In this document: positions 21,016 to 30,720 of the stretch, one piece after another
Layout of the letters: each line of letters begins with the position of its first letter
Numbering within the stretch: position 1 is the stretch's first letter
Source: an uncultured virus (IMG/VR IMGVR_UViG_3300036944_000852)
Taxonomy: Duplodnaviria; Heunggongvirae; Uroviricota; Caudoviricetes
Virus record (IMG/VR): IMGVR_UViG_3300036944_000852
Strand: one strand, 5' to 3'
Length of the DNA stretch: 64,000 nucleotides
Notes under the pieces: generated by a model
What the model saw: only the letters and a program-made list of their open reading frames with translations
What the model was told of the DNA's origin: nothing
Databases searched by the model: none
Translations under genes and position numbers: made by a program

Positions 21016-21099
21016 GCTCTTAGTATAGGGCTTATCAATTATCTGGCGGTGCGGTACAATTAAAGGGACTCCAGCCCTCTCCCGTCGAAATGAGTTAAG

Positions 21100-21462
21100 T
21101 TGAGCTCCCCCGCAGGTCTTTACAATATAATCGCCGATCAAGGTTCGACACTTTCGCGCGTGATTTATTACAAAGATCCAGCTAAAAAGCCTATTAAGTT
21201 CAACGGATACACCGCCCGAATGCAAGTCAGACCCTCTGTCGAGAGTTCTAACATTATTTTGGAACTAACAACCGAAAATGGCGGAATAGAGCTCGGAGCT
21301 ACGGACGGAAGCATAGCCCTGTACGCGGAAGATAGCACAATGATAGCTATCCCCGAGGGTATCTACGTATACGACTTAGAGCTTATTGCCCCATCAGCAG
21401 AGCTTTTTGTCTACAAAATTCTTCAAGGCAATTTCGCAGTTAGGTCGGAGGTGACCAGATAG
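21100..21462 (+). CDS. Virion fibre adaptor-like beta-sandwich protein (copy 1)
   Basis: DQGST...GYTARMQVR...TTENG...YVYDLE...ILQG.F.VR.EVT; paralogue of 37941..38315. Confidence 0.65.
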   Translation: MSSPAGLYNIIADQGSTLSRVIYYKDPAKKPIKFNGYTARMQVRPSVESSNIILELTTENGGIELGATDGSIALYAEDSTMIAIPEGIYVYDLELIAPSAELFVYKILQGNFAVRSEVTR

Positions 21463-22268
21463 TGGCTGGTTATACAGTTAGCTCAGTTACATCCGGTAAA
21501 TACGCCAGACAGGTTTCAGTAGCAGCTTCAGGTCCTCAAGGTGCCGCTGGACCGACTGGAGCTACCGGTCCCGCTGGAGCCGCTGGAGCCGCTGGTGGGC
21601 TCTCTGCTAGATATAAATTTCTAAACAACTACAACGCAGCTAACCCTGGTGGCGGATACTTTGCTTTTAACAGCTCAACTTTTATGTCAGCAACAGAGCT
21701 GTATGTGTCGCAAAACGATATGGCTACTGACTCTCAGGCAGCGCTTTTAAGTGCAGTCATCCAGTCTACTAACGGCTATAAGTCTGTCATCACTGTGCAA
21801 AAAGTTAGTGATCCGAGAAAAACGGCACGATTCTATGTAACTGGCGGAACTGACAATTCCGGCTGGTGGGATTTCCAAATAGAGTACATTGGCGGATCCA
21901 TACTAAGTTGGACCTACAACGAACAAGTAGAGATTCTTGTCGCCCCGATTGGAGACGCTGGAACTGTTGGAGCTACCGGCCCCACTGGTGCAGCTGGCCA
22001 AGGTGTGCCACTTGGAGGTGCCACGGGTCAAATTCTTAGGAAGACTTCGGATGCAAGCTACGCAACCGAATGGGTAGACCCAGAAGCAGTTCAAGACGTC
22101 TCGTTAAATGAATTAACAGACGTTAATTTAAGTTCATTAACCAACGGTCAAGTCCTTGTTTACGATCAAGACACTAACGCTTGGATTCCAACCTCTCCCG
22201 AAAATCTCCCTCAATCGGCCGGATATCTCTCTGGTACACTTGAGGGAGGATCCGCATCTACTTTTTAA
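21462..22268 (+). CDS. Virion protein with short collagen-like segments
   Basis: [34 protein letters not shown]......NGQVL.Y...W. Confidence 0.65.
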   Translation: MAGYTVSSVTSGKYARQVSVAASGPQGAAGPTGATGPAGAAGAAGGLSARYKFLNNYNAANPGGGYFAFNSSTFMSATELYVSQNDMATDSQAALLSAVIQSTNGYKSVITVQKVSDPRKTARFYVTGGTDNSGWWDFQIEYIGGSILSWTYNEQVEILVAPIGDAGTVGATGPTGAAGQGVPLGGATGQILRKTSDASYATEWVDPEAVQDVSLNELTDVNLSSLTNGQVLVYDQDTNAWIPTSPENLPQSAGYLSGTLEGGSASTF

Positions 22269-22278
22269 GGGTTAAATA

Positions 22279-22653
22279 ATGGCCATACAGATACAACTTC
22301 GAAATGATACTGCCGCCAACTGGACCTCAGCTAACCCGACGCTAGCTCGCGGCGAAGTGGGCGTTGAGATAGATACCAACAAGATGAAAATTGGTACAGG
22401 ATCTACCACTTGGGCTAATCTTCCATATACGGGCGTAGACTCCGAAGAATTGATTCCGCTTGTCTCCTACACACACAATCAGGGACAAACCAGCTCTACA
22501 TGGGAAATAGAGCACAACCTAGGCTTCTACCCGTCAGTCAACGTCTTTATGTCGTCTGGTGATGTTGTAGAGGGAGCAATCGAGCACCAAGACGTAAACA
22601 ATCTAACGATCACCTTCTCGGTAGCCATTTCGGGTACCGCTTACCTCTCCTAA
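22279..22653 (+). CDS. Fibre protein with Mtd_N-like N-terminal domain
   Basis: IQLRNDTAANWTSANP.LA.GE.G.E.DT.K.KIG.G...W..LPY; W.I.HNLG.YP.V C-domain. Confidence 0.7.
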   Translation: MAIQIQLRNDTAANWTSANPTLARGEVGVEIDTNKMKIGTGSTTWANLPYTGVDSEELIPLVSYTHNQGQTSSTWEIEHNLGFYPSVNVFMSSGDVVEGAIEHQDVNNLTITFSVAISGTAYLS

Positions 22654-22668
22654 GGAAAATAAGAAAAA

Positions 22669-25071
22669 ATGGCAAAACAGTTCTTAACGAACCTGAACCT
22701 CAATAAGAATGAGCTTCAAAATGCAAGAATTCAAAATCTTGCTTCTGCTCCCTCATCACCTGTTGTTGGTCAGATTTACTACAACACCGTCGACGGTCAA
22801 CTAAACGTATACACAGGCGTAACTAACGGCTGGGTATCTCTAGCAGCTGGTGGCAACGTAACAGAGGCAATCAACGCCGCTATTACAGCCCTAGATCTAG
22901 ACAACACTTATGACTCACTCGGTTCTGCAGATACTGCAGAGCAGAATGCTAAAAACTACGCTGATGATCTAGCTGTCAACTATGACGCAGCCGGTTCAGC
23001 AGCTAGCGCAGCAGCCACCGCATACAGCAACGCTGTTAGCTACGCCGATGGCCTAGCATCTAACTACGACGCAGCCGGTACAGCTACCACAGCCTACAAC
23101 AACGCTGTTAGCTACACAGATGGCGTAGCCCTAGAGCTAACCTCAGACATCGCTAACGCTAAGTCTGAAGCCATCACTGCAGCAGAAGGTTACACTGACA
23201 ACGCAATATCTGCTCTTGTAGACTCTGCTCCAGATCTACTAAACACCCTTGGTGAACTGGCAACAGCACTTCAGGAAAACCCAGACATTATCTCTGACTT
23301 GCAGGATATTGCTGCAGGTAAGCAGGACACTCTAACCGCAGGAACTGGCATCACCATCCTAGGTGACACCATCTCTGTAACTGAAAACACTTACGATGGC
23401 TTCGGCTCTGCAGGTGCAGCTCAGGAAAATGCAGAAGAGTACGCCGATGGTGTTGCTCTAACTGCAGAAAACAACGCAAAGGCATATGCTGACGGTCTAG
23501 CTGTTAACTATGACGCTGCTGGTGCTGCCGCAACTGCTTACACAAATGCTGTTTCACACGCAAACACTGTTGCTGCAACTGCCTACACAAATGCTATTTC
23601 ACACGCAAACAACGTAGCTGCAACTGCTTACACAAATGCTGTTTCACACGCAAACACTGTTGCAGATGCTGCTTACGACAACGCAGTTAGCTATGTAGAT
23701 GACGCAATTGGCAACATCGACCTTACCTACACAACTGATGATGTTACCGAAGGCACCAACCTATACTTCACCCAGGCTCGCGCCCGTGGTTCAGTAAACA
23801 CCGGTGACTCTACATTAGATTACAACTCAACTACTGGTGTATTCACTGCAAACACTGCAGTTATGGCTACACGTAACTACGTTGATGGTGAAATTACTGA
23901 TGTAACTTCTTATGTAGACGGCGAAATCACTGACCTATCGTCAGAGCTAACAACTGCTTACCAGGATGCAGACACTGCACTTGAGACCAGCCTAACCACT
24001 GCTTACCAGAACGCAGACAGCGCACTTGAGACCAGCCTTACTCAGGACTTCAACGATGCTGACAACGTTGTTCTTACAACCTTGCGTTCGGAAATTGCGG
24101 CAGCGTCTGAGGGTCTAAATGTCCACGCAGCAGTTAAGGCAGCAACCACCGAGAACATCAACCTTGCTGATGCATCAGGCCTAGTAGTTGATGGTGTAAC
24201 CATTAACAGCGGCGACCGCGTTTTGGTTCGCGCTCAGACTACTAGATCACAGAACGGTATCTACGTATCTAACGGAGTTGCACTTACTCGTGCAGCTGAC
24301 TACGACTCAGTTCCAGAGATTAGCACTGGTGACTTTGTATTCGTAGACCAGGGTACTTTATACGCTAACACCGGCTGGGTACAGCAGGATGCTGTAGTAA
24401 CCGTAGGCACTGACTCGATTGACTTTGCTCAGTTCTCTGGTGCGGGTACTTTCTCTGCAGGTAACGGTCTAACCCTAACCGGCGGCGAATTCAACGTAGT
24501 TGGAACCGCAGGTCGCATTGATGTAAGCGCTAACGCTGTTGACATCTCTGAAGACTACGTCGGTCAGACTTCGATCACCACAGTTGGAACCATCACTACT
24601 GGTACATGGAATGGCTCGACCATTGATGTTGCTCACGGTGGTACTGGTGCAACTACCCTAACTGGCTACGTAGTTGGAAACGGTACAGACCCACTAAGCA
24701 CCGTATCTGTAATTCCTGGTTCAGACATTGATGGTGACATTGATGGCAACGCCGCAAACGTAACCGGAACCGTAGCCGTTGAAAACGGTGGTACTGGAGC
24801 TACTACAGCTGCAGGTGCTCGCGCTAACCTAGGTGCAACTACCAAGTATGCAGAGAACAACGGCAGCCTAACCCCTGCCAGTGGTATCGTAACTTGGACT
24901 GTATCTCACGCGCTAAACACCACAGACGTAACCGTCCAGATGCGCGACACTTCAACCAACGCAGTTGTTGAAGCTGACATCGTAATCACCAACGCTAACA
25001 CAGTAACTATCGCCTGGAACTCTTCGACCACTGTCTCTGCAGACAGCTACCGTGTCGTAGTTACTGGCTAA
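22669..25071 (+). CDS. Long tail/head fibre protein
   Basis: Ala/Asn-rich helical repeats, APDLLNTL.ELA.AL, TDDVTEG.NLYFT, GDRVLV..QT...QNGIY, V..GGTGATT repeats. Confidence 0.75.
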   Translation: MAKQFLTNLNLNKNELQNARIQNLASAPSSPVVGQIYYNTVDGQLNVYTGVTNGWVSLAAGGNVTEAINAAITALDLDNTYDSLGSADTAEQNAKNYADDLAVNYDAAGSAASAAATAYSNAVSYADGLASNYDAAGTATTAYNNAVSYTDGVALELTSDIANAKSEAITAAEGYTDNAISALVDSAPDLLNTLGELATALQENPDIISDLQDIAAGKQDTLTAGTGITILGDTISVTENTYDGFGSAGAAQENAEEYADGVALTAENNAKAYADGLAVNYDAAGAAATAYTNAVSHANTVAATAYTNAISHANNVAATAYTNAVSHANTVADAAYDNAVSYVDDAIGNIDLTYTTDDVTEGTNLYFTQARARGSVNTGDSTLDYNSTTGVFTANTAVMATRNYVDGEITDVTSYVDGEITDLSSELTTAYQDADTALETSLTTAYQNADSALETSLTQDFNDADNVVLTTLRSEIAAASEGLNVHAAVKAATTENINLADASGLVVDGVTINSGDRVLVRAQTTRSQNGIYVSNGVALTRAADYDSVPEISTGDFVFVDQGTLYANTGWVQQDAVVTVGTDSIDFAQFSGAGTFSAGNGLTLTGGEFNVVGTAGRIDVSANAVDISEDYVGQTSITTVGTITTGTWNGSTIDVAHGGTGATTLTGYVVGNGTDPLSTVSVIPGSDIDGDIDGNAANVTGTVAVENGGTGATTAAGARANLGATTKYAENNGSLTPASGIVTWTVSHALNTTDVTVQMRDTSTNAVVEADIVITNANTVTIAWNSSTTVSADSYRVVVTG
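23530..23664 (+). repeat. Three 45-bp (15-aa) tandem repeats inside the fibre gene
   Basis: ATAYTNA(V/I)SHAN(T/N)VA x3. Confidence 0.8.
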
Positions 25072-25110
25072 TAGTAAAATAAGTAAGACTCAAGAAAGAG
25101 GTCGCCCCAG

Positions 25111-25341
25111 ATGGCAAGCAAAAAGTTCCTAACGCCAATTAACATTGTGCAAGGCGCTACGTTCCCAGTAGATGCTGATCAAGGCGACCTCTTTTTTAGG
25201 TCTGACATAGGTTCCATGTACACCTACGATGGCACCGGTTGGATTTCTATGACTGGCAGTGACATCACAAACGTGGACGGCGGAGACGCCTCAAGCTCAT
25301 ACAACATCAACTACGACGGTGGCGGACCGTCCTCTTTCTAG
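25111..25341 (+). CDS. Small virion protein
   Basis: KKFLT start like 22669; GDLFF.....Y.YDG..W; DGG motifs at the C-terminus. Confidence 0.6.
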   Translation: MASKKFLTPINIVQGATFPVDADQGDLFFRSDIGSMYTYDGTGWISMTGSDITNVDGGDASSSYNINYDGGGPSSF

Positions 25342-25359
25342 GAATAGGGAAATAAGACA

Positions 25360-27744
25360 ATGGCAGTCAGAATTCAATTTAGACGCGGTACCGCCGCTGA
25401 ATGGGCCTCGGCCAATCCAATGCTAGCCGCTGGTGAGCTCGGTTACGAGACAGATACCGCTCAGATGAAGATTGGTAACGGTTCTCTTACCTGGAGCGCC
25501 TTACCATACAGCGCAGTAAACGAGGCATACGTAGATAACGCGATTGCTAACGTAGTAGGTTTGGCCCCGGAAACACTGGACACCCTAAACGAGCTAGCTG
25601 CCGCCATGGGAGACAACCCAAGTTTCATCTCTGACATAGAGGACGACATTGACAGCGCCAGAGCTTATGCTACTGGTTACACTGATAATGCAATAGCTAA
25701 CCTTATAGCTTCCGCTCCTGCAGCTTTAGATACACTAAACGAACTAGCTGACGCTCTAGGGTCCGACGCGAACTTCAGTACTACAGTCTCAACAGCTCTA
25801 TCAGAGAGACTTCAATTTGTAGCTGACAACGTAGCCAACTACGAAGCTAATAACCCAATCATCGATGCAAATATTCTAGCTATCGAAGTAGACAGCGGAA
25901 ACATTAAGATTGGCGATGGCGTAAACGCTTGGAACACTCTAGTTTACGTGAATCAGGCATTCTTCTCTGGCATGTTAGATACTCACATCTCTGACACAAC
26001 CCAGATTCACGGAATAGCTAACACTGCAGAATTAGTGACCTCTACTGAACTGACAGAGGCCCTAGGTGACTACACAACAACCGACGACCTTGCTAACGGA
26101 TACGTAAGCACCGGTGAGATAGCAAACTACGCTCTGTTAACTGCCCTAGATTCATATGCCACTAACACCGCCCTAGCCCTGAAAGCTCCACTAGCTAGCC
26201 CTTCTTTCACTGGTACGGTGTCGCTTCCTGCAAGCATTGAGATCAACAACATCAGCATTGGCAACACCACAGCAACAGAGATCTCATACCTTGCCAACGT
26301 GTCATCTGACGTACAAAGTCAAATTGACACTAAAGCCCCACTAAACTCTCCTTCATTTACCGGGACTGTCGAACTTCCGACGACAACCAGCATTGGAGAC
26401 ATCACTTCTGCTGAATTGGAGCACCTGGATGGGGTAACCTCAGCTATCCAGCCTCAGCTTGACGGAAAACTTGCATCTTCGACCGCAGCCACCACCTACG
26501 CACCACTAGCGGATGCAACTTTGACTGGTACCGTTTCTCTTCCAGCAACTACCTCTATTGGTGATGTTTCGGGCACAGAGATAGGTTATGTAAATGGCGT
26601 AACCTCGGCTATTCAAACCCAACTAGATGCAAAGGCTCCCACAGAGAGCCCGACCTTCACAGGTAACGTTTCTGGTGTTACAAAAGCTCACGTAGGTCTC
26701 GGAAACGTGGACAACACCGCTGACGAAGACAAGCCAATCTCTGATGCAACTCAGACTGCATTGGATGCAAAGCTAGATCTTGCTGGCGGAACTCTTACTG
26801 GCCCATTGACCCTCTCGGGCGCACCAACCTCTGACCTACATGCAGCTACAAAGCTATATGTTGACGGCCTAGCAGCTGGAATTAACTTCCACCAGCCAGT
26901 GGTTGCCGCAACCGCTGGTAACCTAGCTGGTACATATGACAACGGAACCGCTGGCGTAGGTGCAACCCTTACCAAGGCATCGAACGGTGCAATCGGTACA
27001 ATTGACGGTGCATCGGTTTCTGTAGGTAACAGAATCCTTCTACGCGCACAGACTGACGCTAAAGAAAACGGCGTCTACGTGATTACTGCAGTTGGAAGCG
27101 CGAGCGCTCCATGGGTTATAACTCGTGCAGCAGACGCAGACAACAACCCAGCGGGCGAGTTGGCTAACGGAGACTTTGTATTCGTAACAAGCGGTTCAAC
27201 CAACGGATCAAAGGGCTTCATCCTAAACACCACAGGCACAATCACAATCGGAACAACAGAAGTTGCTTACGCACAGTTCAACGCATCTGAAGCGGTTATT
27301 GCTGGAACAAACATCAGCAAGGTCGGCGAGACAATCTCGGTTGTATCAAACCCAACATTCGCAAATGTTGTGACAGTGAGCGCTGGGGTTAAGTTCTCTG
27401 ACAACACTATTCAGACATCTGCTGGTGTTCCGTCTTTGACTCAGTTTATCCAGAAGACATCAAGCTACACTCTTAATGACCTAACTCTGATTGATGAAGT
27501 GATTGAGGTAGACAGCTCGTCTGCAACCACTATCACAATTCCAACTAACGCGACTCTAGCTTGGCCAGTAGGCGCGTCTGTGGACATCCTTCAGATAGGA
27601 ACCGGACAGGTGACAATTGCCGCTGCAGGTGGAGTTACCTTGAACTTTACGCCAGGAAACAAGCTCAGAACACGTTGGTCAAGCTGTACTATAATGAAAC
27701 GTGGTACTGACAGCTGGATCCTATACGGCGATCTAACAGCATAA
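25360..27744 (+). CDS. Long fibre protein with two Mtd_N-like units
   Basis: RIQFRRGTAAEW..ANP.LAAGE; AP.TLDTLNELA x2; KAPL.SP.FTG repeats; C-terminal ...W.LYGDL domain shared with 38315. Confidence 0.75.
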   Translation: MAVRIQFRRGTAAEWASANPMLAAGELGYETDTAQMKIGNGSLTWSALPYSAVNEAYVDNAIANVVGLAPETLDTLNELAAAMGDNPSFISDIEDDIDSARAYATGYTDNAIANLIASAPAALDTLNELADALGSDANFSTTVSTALSERLQFVADNVANYEANNPIIDANILAIEVDSGNIKIGDGVNAWNTLVYVNQAFFSGMLDTHISDTTQIHGIANTAELVTSTELTEALGDYTTTDDLANGYVSTGEIANYALLTALDSYATNTALALKAPLASPSFTGTVSLPASIEINNISIGNTTATEISYLANVSSDVQSQIDTKAPLNSPSFTGTVELPTTTSIGDITSAELEHLDGVTSAIQPQLDGKLASSTAATTYAPLADATLTGTVSLPATTSIGDVSGTEIGYVNGVTSAIQTQLDAKAPTESPTFTGNVSGVTKAHVGLGNVDNTADEDKPISDATQTALDAKLDLAGGTLTGPLTLSGAPTSDLHAATKLYVDGLAAGINFHQPVVAATAGNLAGTYDNGTAGVGATLTKASNGAIGTIDGASVSVGNRILLRAQTDAKENGVYVITAVGSASAPWVITRAADADNNPAGELANGDFVFVTSGSTNGSKGFILNTTGTITIGTTEVAYAQFNASEAVIAGTNISKVGETISVVSNPTFANVVTVSAGVKFSDNTIQTSAGVPSLTQFIQKTSSYTLNDLTLIDEVIEVDSSSATTITIPTNATLAWPVGASVDILQIGTGQVTIAAAGGVTLNFTPGNKLRTRWSSCTIMKRGTDSWILYGDLTA

Positions 27745-27761
27745 CATCAGGGAGAATTTAA

Positions 27762-29096
27762 ATGGCAAAGAAAGAAGCAGGCGCAAAGTCCTCTCAGCAG
27801 AATGACTTTTTGGCTCCGTTACCTGCAGAAAACGTCACAGCTACAGATGTTGGTACTAACAGACCATACAACAATGGAACGCTGACTGTTACTTGGACTA
27901 TAAACAGCCTATCTCCAGCTGCAACTACCTACACAATTAAAGACTCCAACAACAACCAACTAGGTACAGGCTCGCTACCGGCTCCAGTGAGCGGGACATA
28001 CTCCGTACAAGTTTCTGGATTGCTGTCAAACACCACATACACAGTGAACGTGACACTAACTAATGCGTCCGGTGACTCTGCTCCGTCTGCTGCAGCGCCA
28101 GTTTTAGTTACAACAGTCCCTCAGACTCCAGCTGCTCCAATAGCCAACACTACAGTTGCAGACCAAGACAGTGTAACTTGGGTTGCGCCAGCTAATGGTG
28201 GTAAGGCCATAACACTGTACGCATGGGCTTGTGATGACGGTAAACAGGACAGCACCGGACTAACCTCTATAACAGTGGCCCAGGAAGGTGTTGGTCCATC
28301 GACTAACGCTTACAGAGTTAGGGCAATTAACGCCAACGGTACATCAGAGTTTTCAAATTTCTCGAACTCCGTAGACACTCTCCCTCCATTCTTCCCTCCA
28401 TTCTTCCCGCCGTTCTTCCCTCCATTCTTCCCTCCATTCTTCCCGCCGTTCTTCCCCCCATTCTTCCCACCGTTCTTCCCTCCATTCTTCCCTCCATTCT
28501 TCCCACCGTTCTTCCCACCGTTCTTCCCACCTAGATTCCCATTCTTCCCACCGTTCTTCCCACCGTTCTTCCCACCTAGATTCCCATTCTTCCCACCTAT
28601 CTTCCCTGCGCACCGTTGTATTGCAGAGGGAACTTTGGTTGACACTCCTCGCGGTAAGATTCCGGTTGAGCAGCTACAAGCTGGCGACATGGTTCTGTCT
28701 GTCATAATTGACGAACTATCTGTCGAGGACAACACTCCAGGGGCATTCTCAATTGGTTCATCACTAACTCTGTCAGGTGCAAAGCCTGTAGAGACTCAGG
28801 TGACTGCGATCCTTGAGAGCATCAAGACTGCAATCGTCTACTTCAACGGTAACGAGTCAGCTAGATACTCTGCAGAGCAGCCACTGTTCGTAAAGGTCGG
28901 TGACTCATACGAAGTGAGACTAGCCGGTAAGCTGGCCGTAGGAGACTACCTAATCAAGGTGGACGAAGACGGATCATCTTCTGAAGAACTAATCACAGAA
29001 GTTACCACTCTAGACACCCCAACCAGGGTGTACCAGATATCCTGTGACCCATACCACTGGTTTATTGCTGGTGGATATCTATCCCACAATAAGTAA
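27762..29096 (+). CDS. Fn3-like domains + (PPFF)n tract + C-terminal Hint (intein-like) domain
   Basis: VTW..P.NGG..IT.Y...YRVRA.NANG.S (Fn3); PPFF repeats; Hint from Cys286 CIAEGTLV..P.G...VEQL..GD.VLS to VY.I....H.FIAGG.LSHNK*. Confidence 0.85.
   Translation: MAKKEAGAKSSQQNDFLAPLPAENVTATDVGTNRPYNNGTLTVTWTINSLSPAATTYTIKDSNNNQLGTGSLPAPVSGTYSVQVSGLLSNTTYTVNVTLTNASGDSAPSAAAPVLVTTVPQTPAAPIANTTVADQDSVTWVAPANGGKAITLYAWACDDGKQDSTGLTSITVAQEGVGPSTNAYRVRAINANGTSEFSNFSNSVDTLPPFFPPFFPPFFPPFFPPFFPPFFPPFFPPFFPPFFPPFFPPFFPPFFPPRFPFFPPFFPPFFPPRFPFFPPIFPAHRCIAEGTLVDTPRGKIPVEQLQAGDMVLSVIIDELSVEDNTPGAFSIGSSLTLSGAKPVETQVTAILESIKTAIVYFNGNESARYSAEQPLFVKVGDSYEVRLAGKLAVGDYLIKVDEDGSSSEELITEVTTLDTPTRVYQISCDPYHWFIAGGYLSHNK
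28383..28607 (+). repeat. 12-bp CCN-CCN-TTC-TTC coding tandem repeat
   Basis: 12 consecutive PPFF units (28383-28526), then PPRFPFF-PPFF-PPFF-PPRFPFF-PPIFP. Confidence 0.95.
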
Positions 29097-29101
29097 TAAG
29101 C

Positions 29102-29141
29102 AAAAAAAAGTAGCCGCCCCCAACCGGGCGGCTATTTTTTT
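29102..29141 (+). terminator. Rho-independent terminator after the fibre module
   Basis: TAGCCGCCC-CCAACC-GGGCGGCTA followed by a T run and preceded by an A run. Confidence 0.85.
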
Positions 29142-29203
29142 ATACTAAGATTGCAGTAAGCTATAGGATAGATAAAGCAATCATTAAACCCAAAGGAAAA
29201 ACT

Positions 29204-29938
29204 ATGAACCACTGGTTTACGAAAGATCGTTCAGAGACAGTCACAAACACAATGGGAGATAGAAAAATCCATAGCGGTATTTCTGTCATAAACCCAGCTA
29301 TGGGCATAAACATTTACAGGGGAGCCATATCTAAAGAAACTGGGCAAAAGCACATTAACACCTTGGAGTCGAACCTAAACGGACAGACTTCATTCTCGTG
29401 GGCAGGGGCCCAGGTAACAAACTCGGATGAAGTTGATTTAGAGGCTAGAAATGCAAAAGATTTTAAGTTTAATTCCAAGGGATTAGGACCTAGGAATGAC
29501 GAAAATGGAAAACTTTACGACATGCACGAAGAAGTTTTTCAAGCAGTTCGCGCATGCGTGAATGATTATGGGGATTACTGGGGCGTAGGAATGAACTTCT
29601 ACGAAGCGTTTAATTTTGTTAAGTATGAAGGCACCGGGACTCACTTTAAGGTCCATGCGGACCATGGTCCAACCTACGTGTGTACTGTTTCAGTTGTTGT
29701 GTATTTAAATGACGACTATGAGGGCGGAGAAATTATTTTCCCTCGATTTAATCTGACTCACAAACCTCAAGCGGGTGACATTATTATTTTCCCGTCAACA
29801 TATGTATACGAGCATTCATCTGAAGACATGATCTCTGGCACCAAGTACGCAGTTGTGATTATGACAGACTATAATGACAGAGACGAAGTAAACCACAGAG
29901 TGCCGCAAACAATCCAAGAATACGAACTTAAATACTAG
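29204..29938 (+). CDS. Prolyl 4-hydroxylase-like 2OG-Fe(II) oxygenase
   Basis: HAD, YLNDDYEGGE, PQAGDIIIFP, H.....SGTKY. Confidence 0.88.
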   Translation: MNHWFTKDRSETVTNTMGDRKIHSGISVINPAMGINIYRGAISKETGQKHINTLESNLNGQTSFSWAGAQVTNSDEVDLEARNAKDFKFNSKGLGPRNDENGKLYDMHEEVFQAVRACVNDYGDYWGVGMNFYEAFNFVKYEGTGTHFKVHADHGPTYVCTVSVVVYLNDDYEGGEIIFPRFNLTHKPQAGDIIIFPSTYVYEHSSEDMISGTKYAVVIMTDYNDRDEVNHRVPQTIQEYELKY

Positions 29939-29949
29939 ATCGAGGAACC

Positions 29950-30720
29950 GTGTCAGAAGAATCCCTAAAAACCTCAGAAGACTCTGCTGCAGAAGCAGAA
30001 AAGAAGAGTCAAGAGGAACAAAAAAATATTCAAAATCGACTAGCGAACTGGTACCAAGTAGACGAGGTCACATGGAGCTCCGCCGAGGAAGTGTCTCCCG
30101 GCAGCGGAATCTGGGTCTATCACGATGTTCTACCCAAAGAGATGAACATCATTCAAAGGATCGAAGAAGTCATCGACAGCCCAGATAATAATTATCACTA
30201 TCAAGAGGCAATGGTTGGGTATTCTATGAAGATCCCCGAGTACAGAGACTGCGTAGATTTTAAGTATAAGGAAAATGATTTTGATGACGATCAAACTGAG
30301 TGGGGCGATAAGCTAAGACAGCTAGCTAAAGATACTAAGTATCGTCAGCTACAAATTGTAAAAGACTATACAAGACGCTACAACGTAGGAGAGCTTCGCT
30401 ACTGGGAGGCAACTAACTACGTCCGTTATGGCGTAGGCCAGCACTTCCAAGAGCACCATGATCACGGCTACTCGTATAATTGCGTAGTATCTCTAGTCGC
30501 ATACCCGAATGATGACTACGAAGGCGGAGAGCTTTTCTTTAGGCTACAAAATATAAGCGCAAAAGCTCGCGCAGGAGATGTCTTTATTTTCCCGTCAAAC
30601 TTTATGTACCCTCACCGCGCCATGCCTGTCAGATTTGGAACCAAGTACTCGATGGTTACCATGCTGGACTATTCGGATAAGTACCACAGTGCAGAATTCT
30701 TTAGGGACACAGACAGCTAA
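29950..30720 (+). CDS. Prolyl 4-hydroxylase-like 2OG-Fe(II) oxygenase
   Basis: HHD, NDDYEGGELFF, FPSNFMYPH.A.PV..GTKY. Confidence 0.88.
   Translation: MSEESLKTSEDSAAEAEKKSQEEQKNIQNRLANWYQVDEVTWSSAEEVSPGSGIWVYHDVLPKEMNIIQRIEEVIDSPDNNYHYQEAMVGYSMKIPEYRDCVDFKYKENDFDDDQTEWGDKLRQLAKDTKYRQLQIVKDYTRRYNVGELRYWEATNYVRYGVGQHFQEHHDHGYSYNCVVSLVAYPNDDYEGGELFFRLQNISAKARAGDVFIFPSNFMYPHRAMPVRFGTKYSMVTMLDYSDKYHSAEFFRDTDS

Noticed and set aside
20785..21225. 146-aa version of the DUF3039 ORF
   Set aside because: The extension overlaps the opposite-strand gene at 21100, and the leaderless start at 21015 fits better.
22279..27744. Diversity-generating retroelement suggested by Mtd_N-like domains
   Set aside because: No reverse transcriptase and no adenine-mismatched TR/VR pair are seen. 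The 92-bp repeat is exact and lies in collagen.
28383..28607. Possible CRISPR array or non-coding satellite
   Set aside because: The 12-bp units have no spacers and lie in frame in a CDS, and there are no cas genes.
28310..28735. Minus-strand ORFs with GGKN, GRME and REEW repeats
   Set aside because: They are antisense shadows of the PPFF repeat. The plus frame has an RBS, Fn3 and Hint domains, and synonymous third-position variation.
28617..29096. Mobile splicing intein
   Set aside because: There is no C-extein nucleophile (HN-K-stop) and no homing endonuclease.
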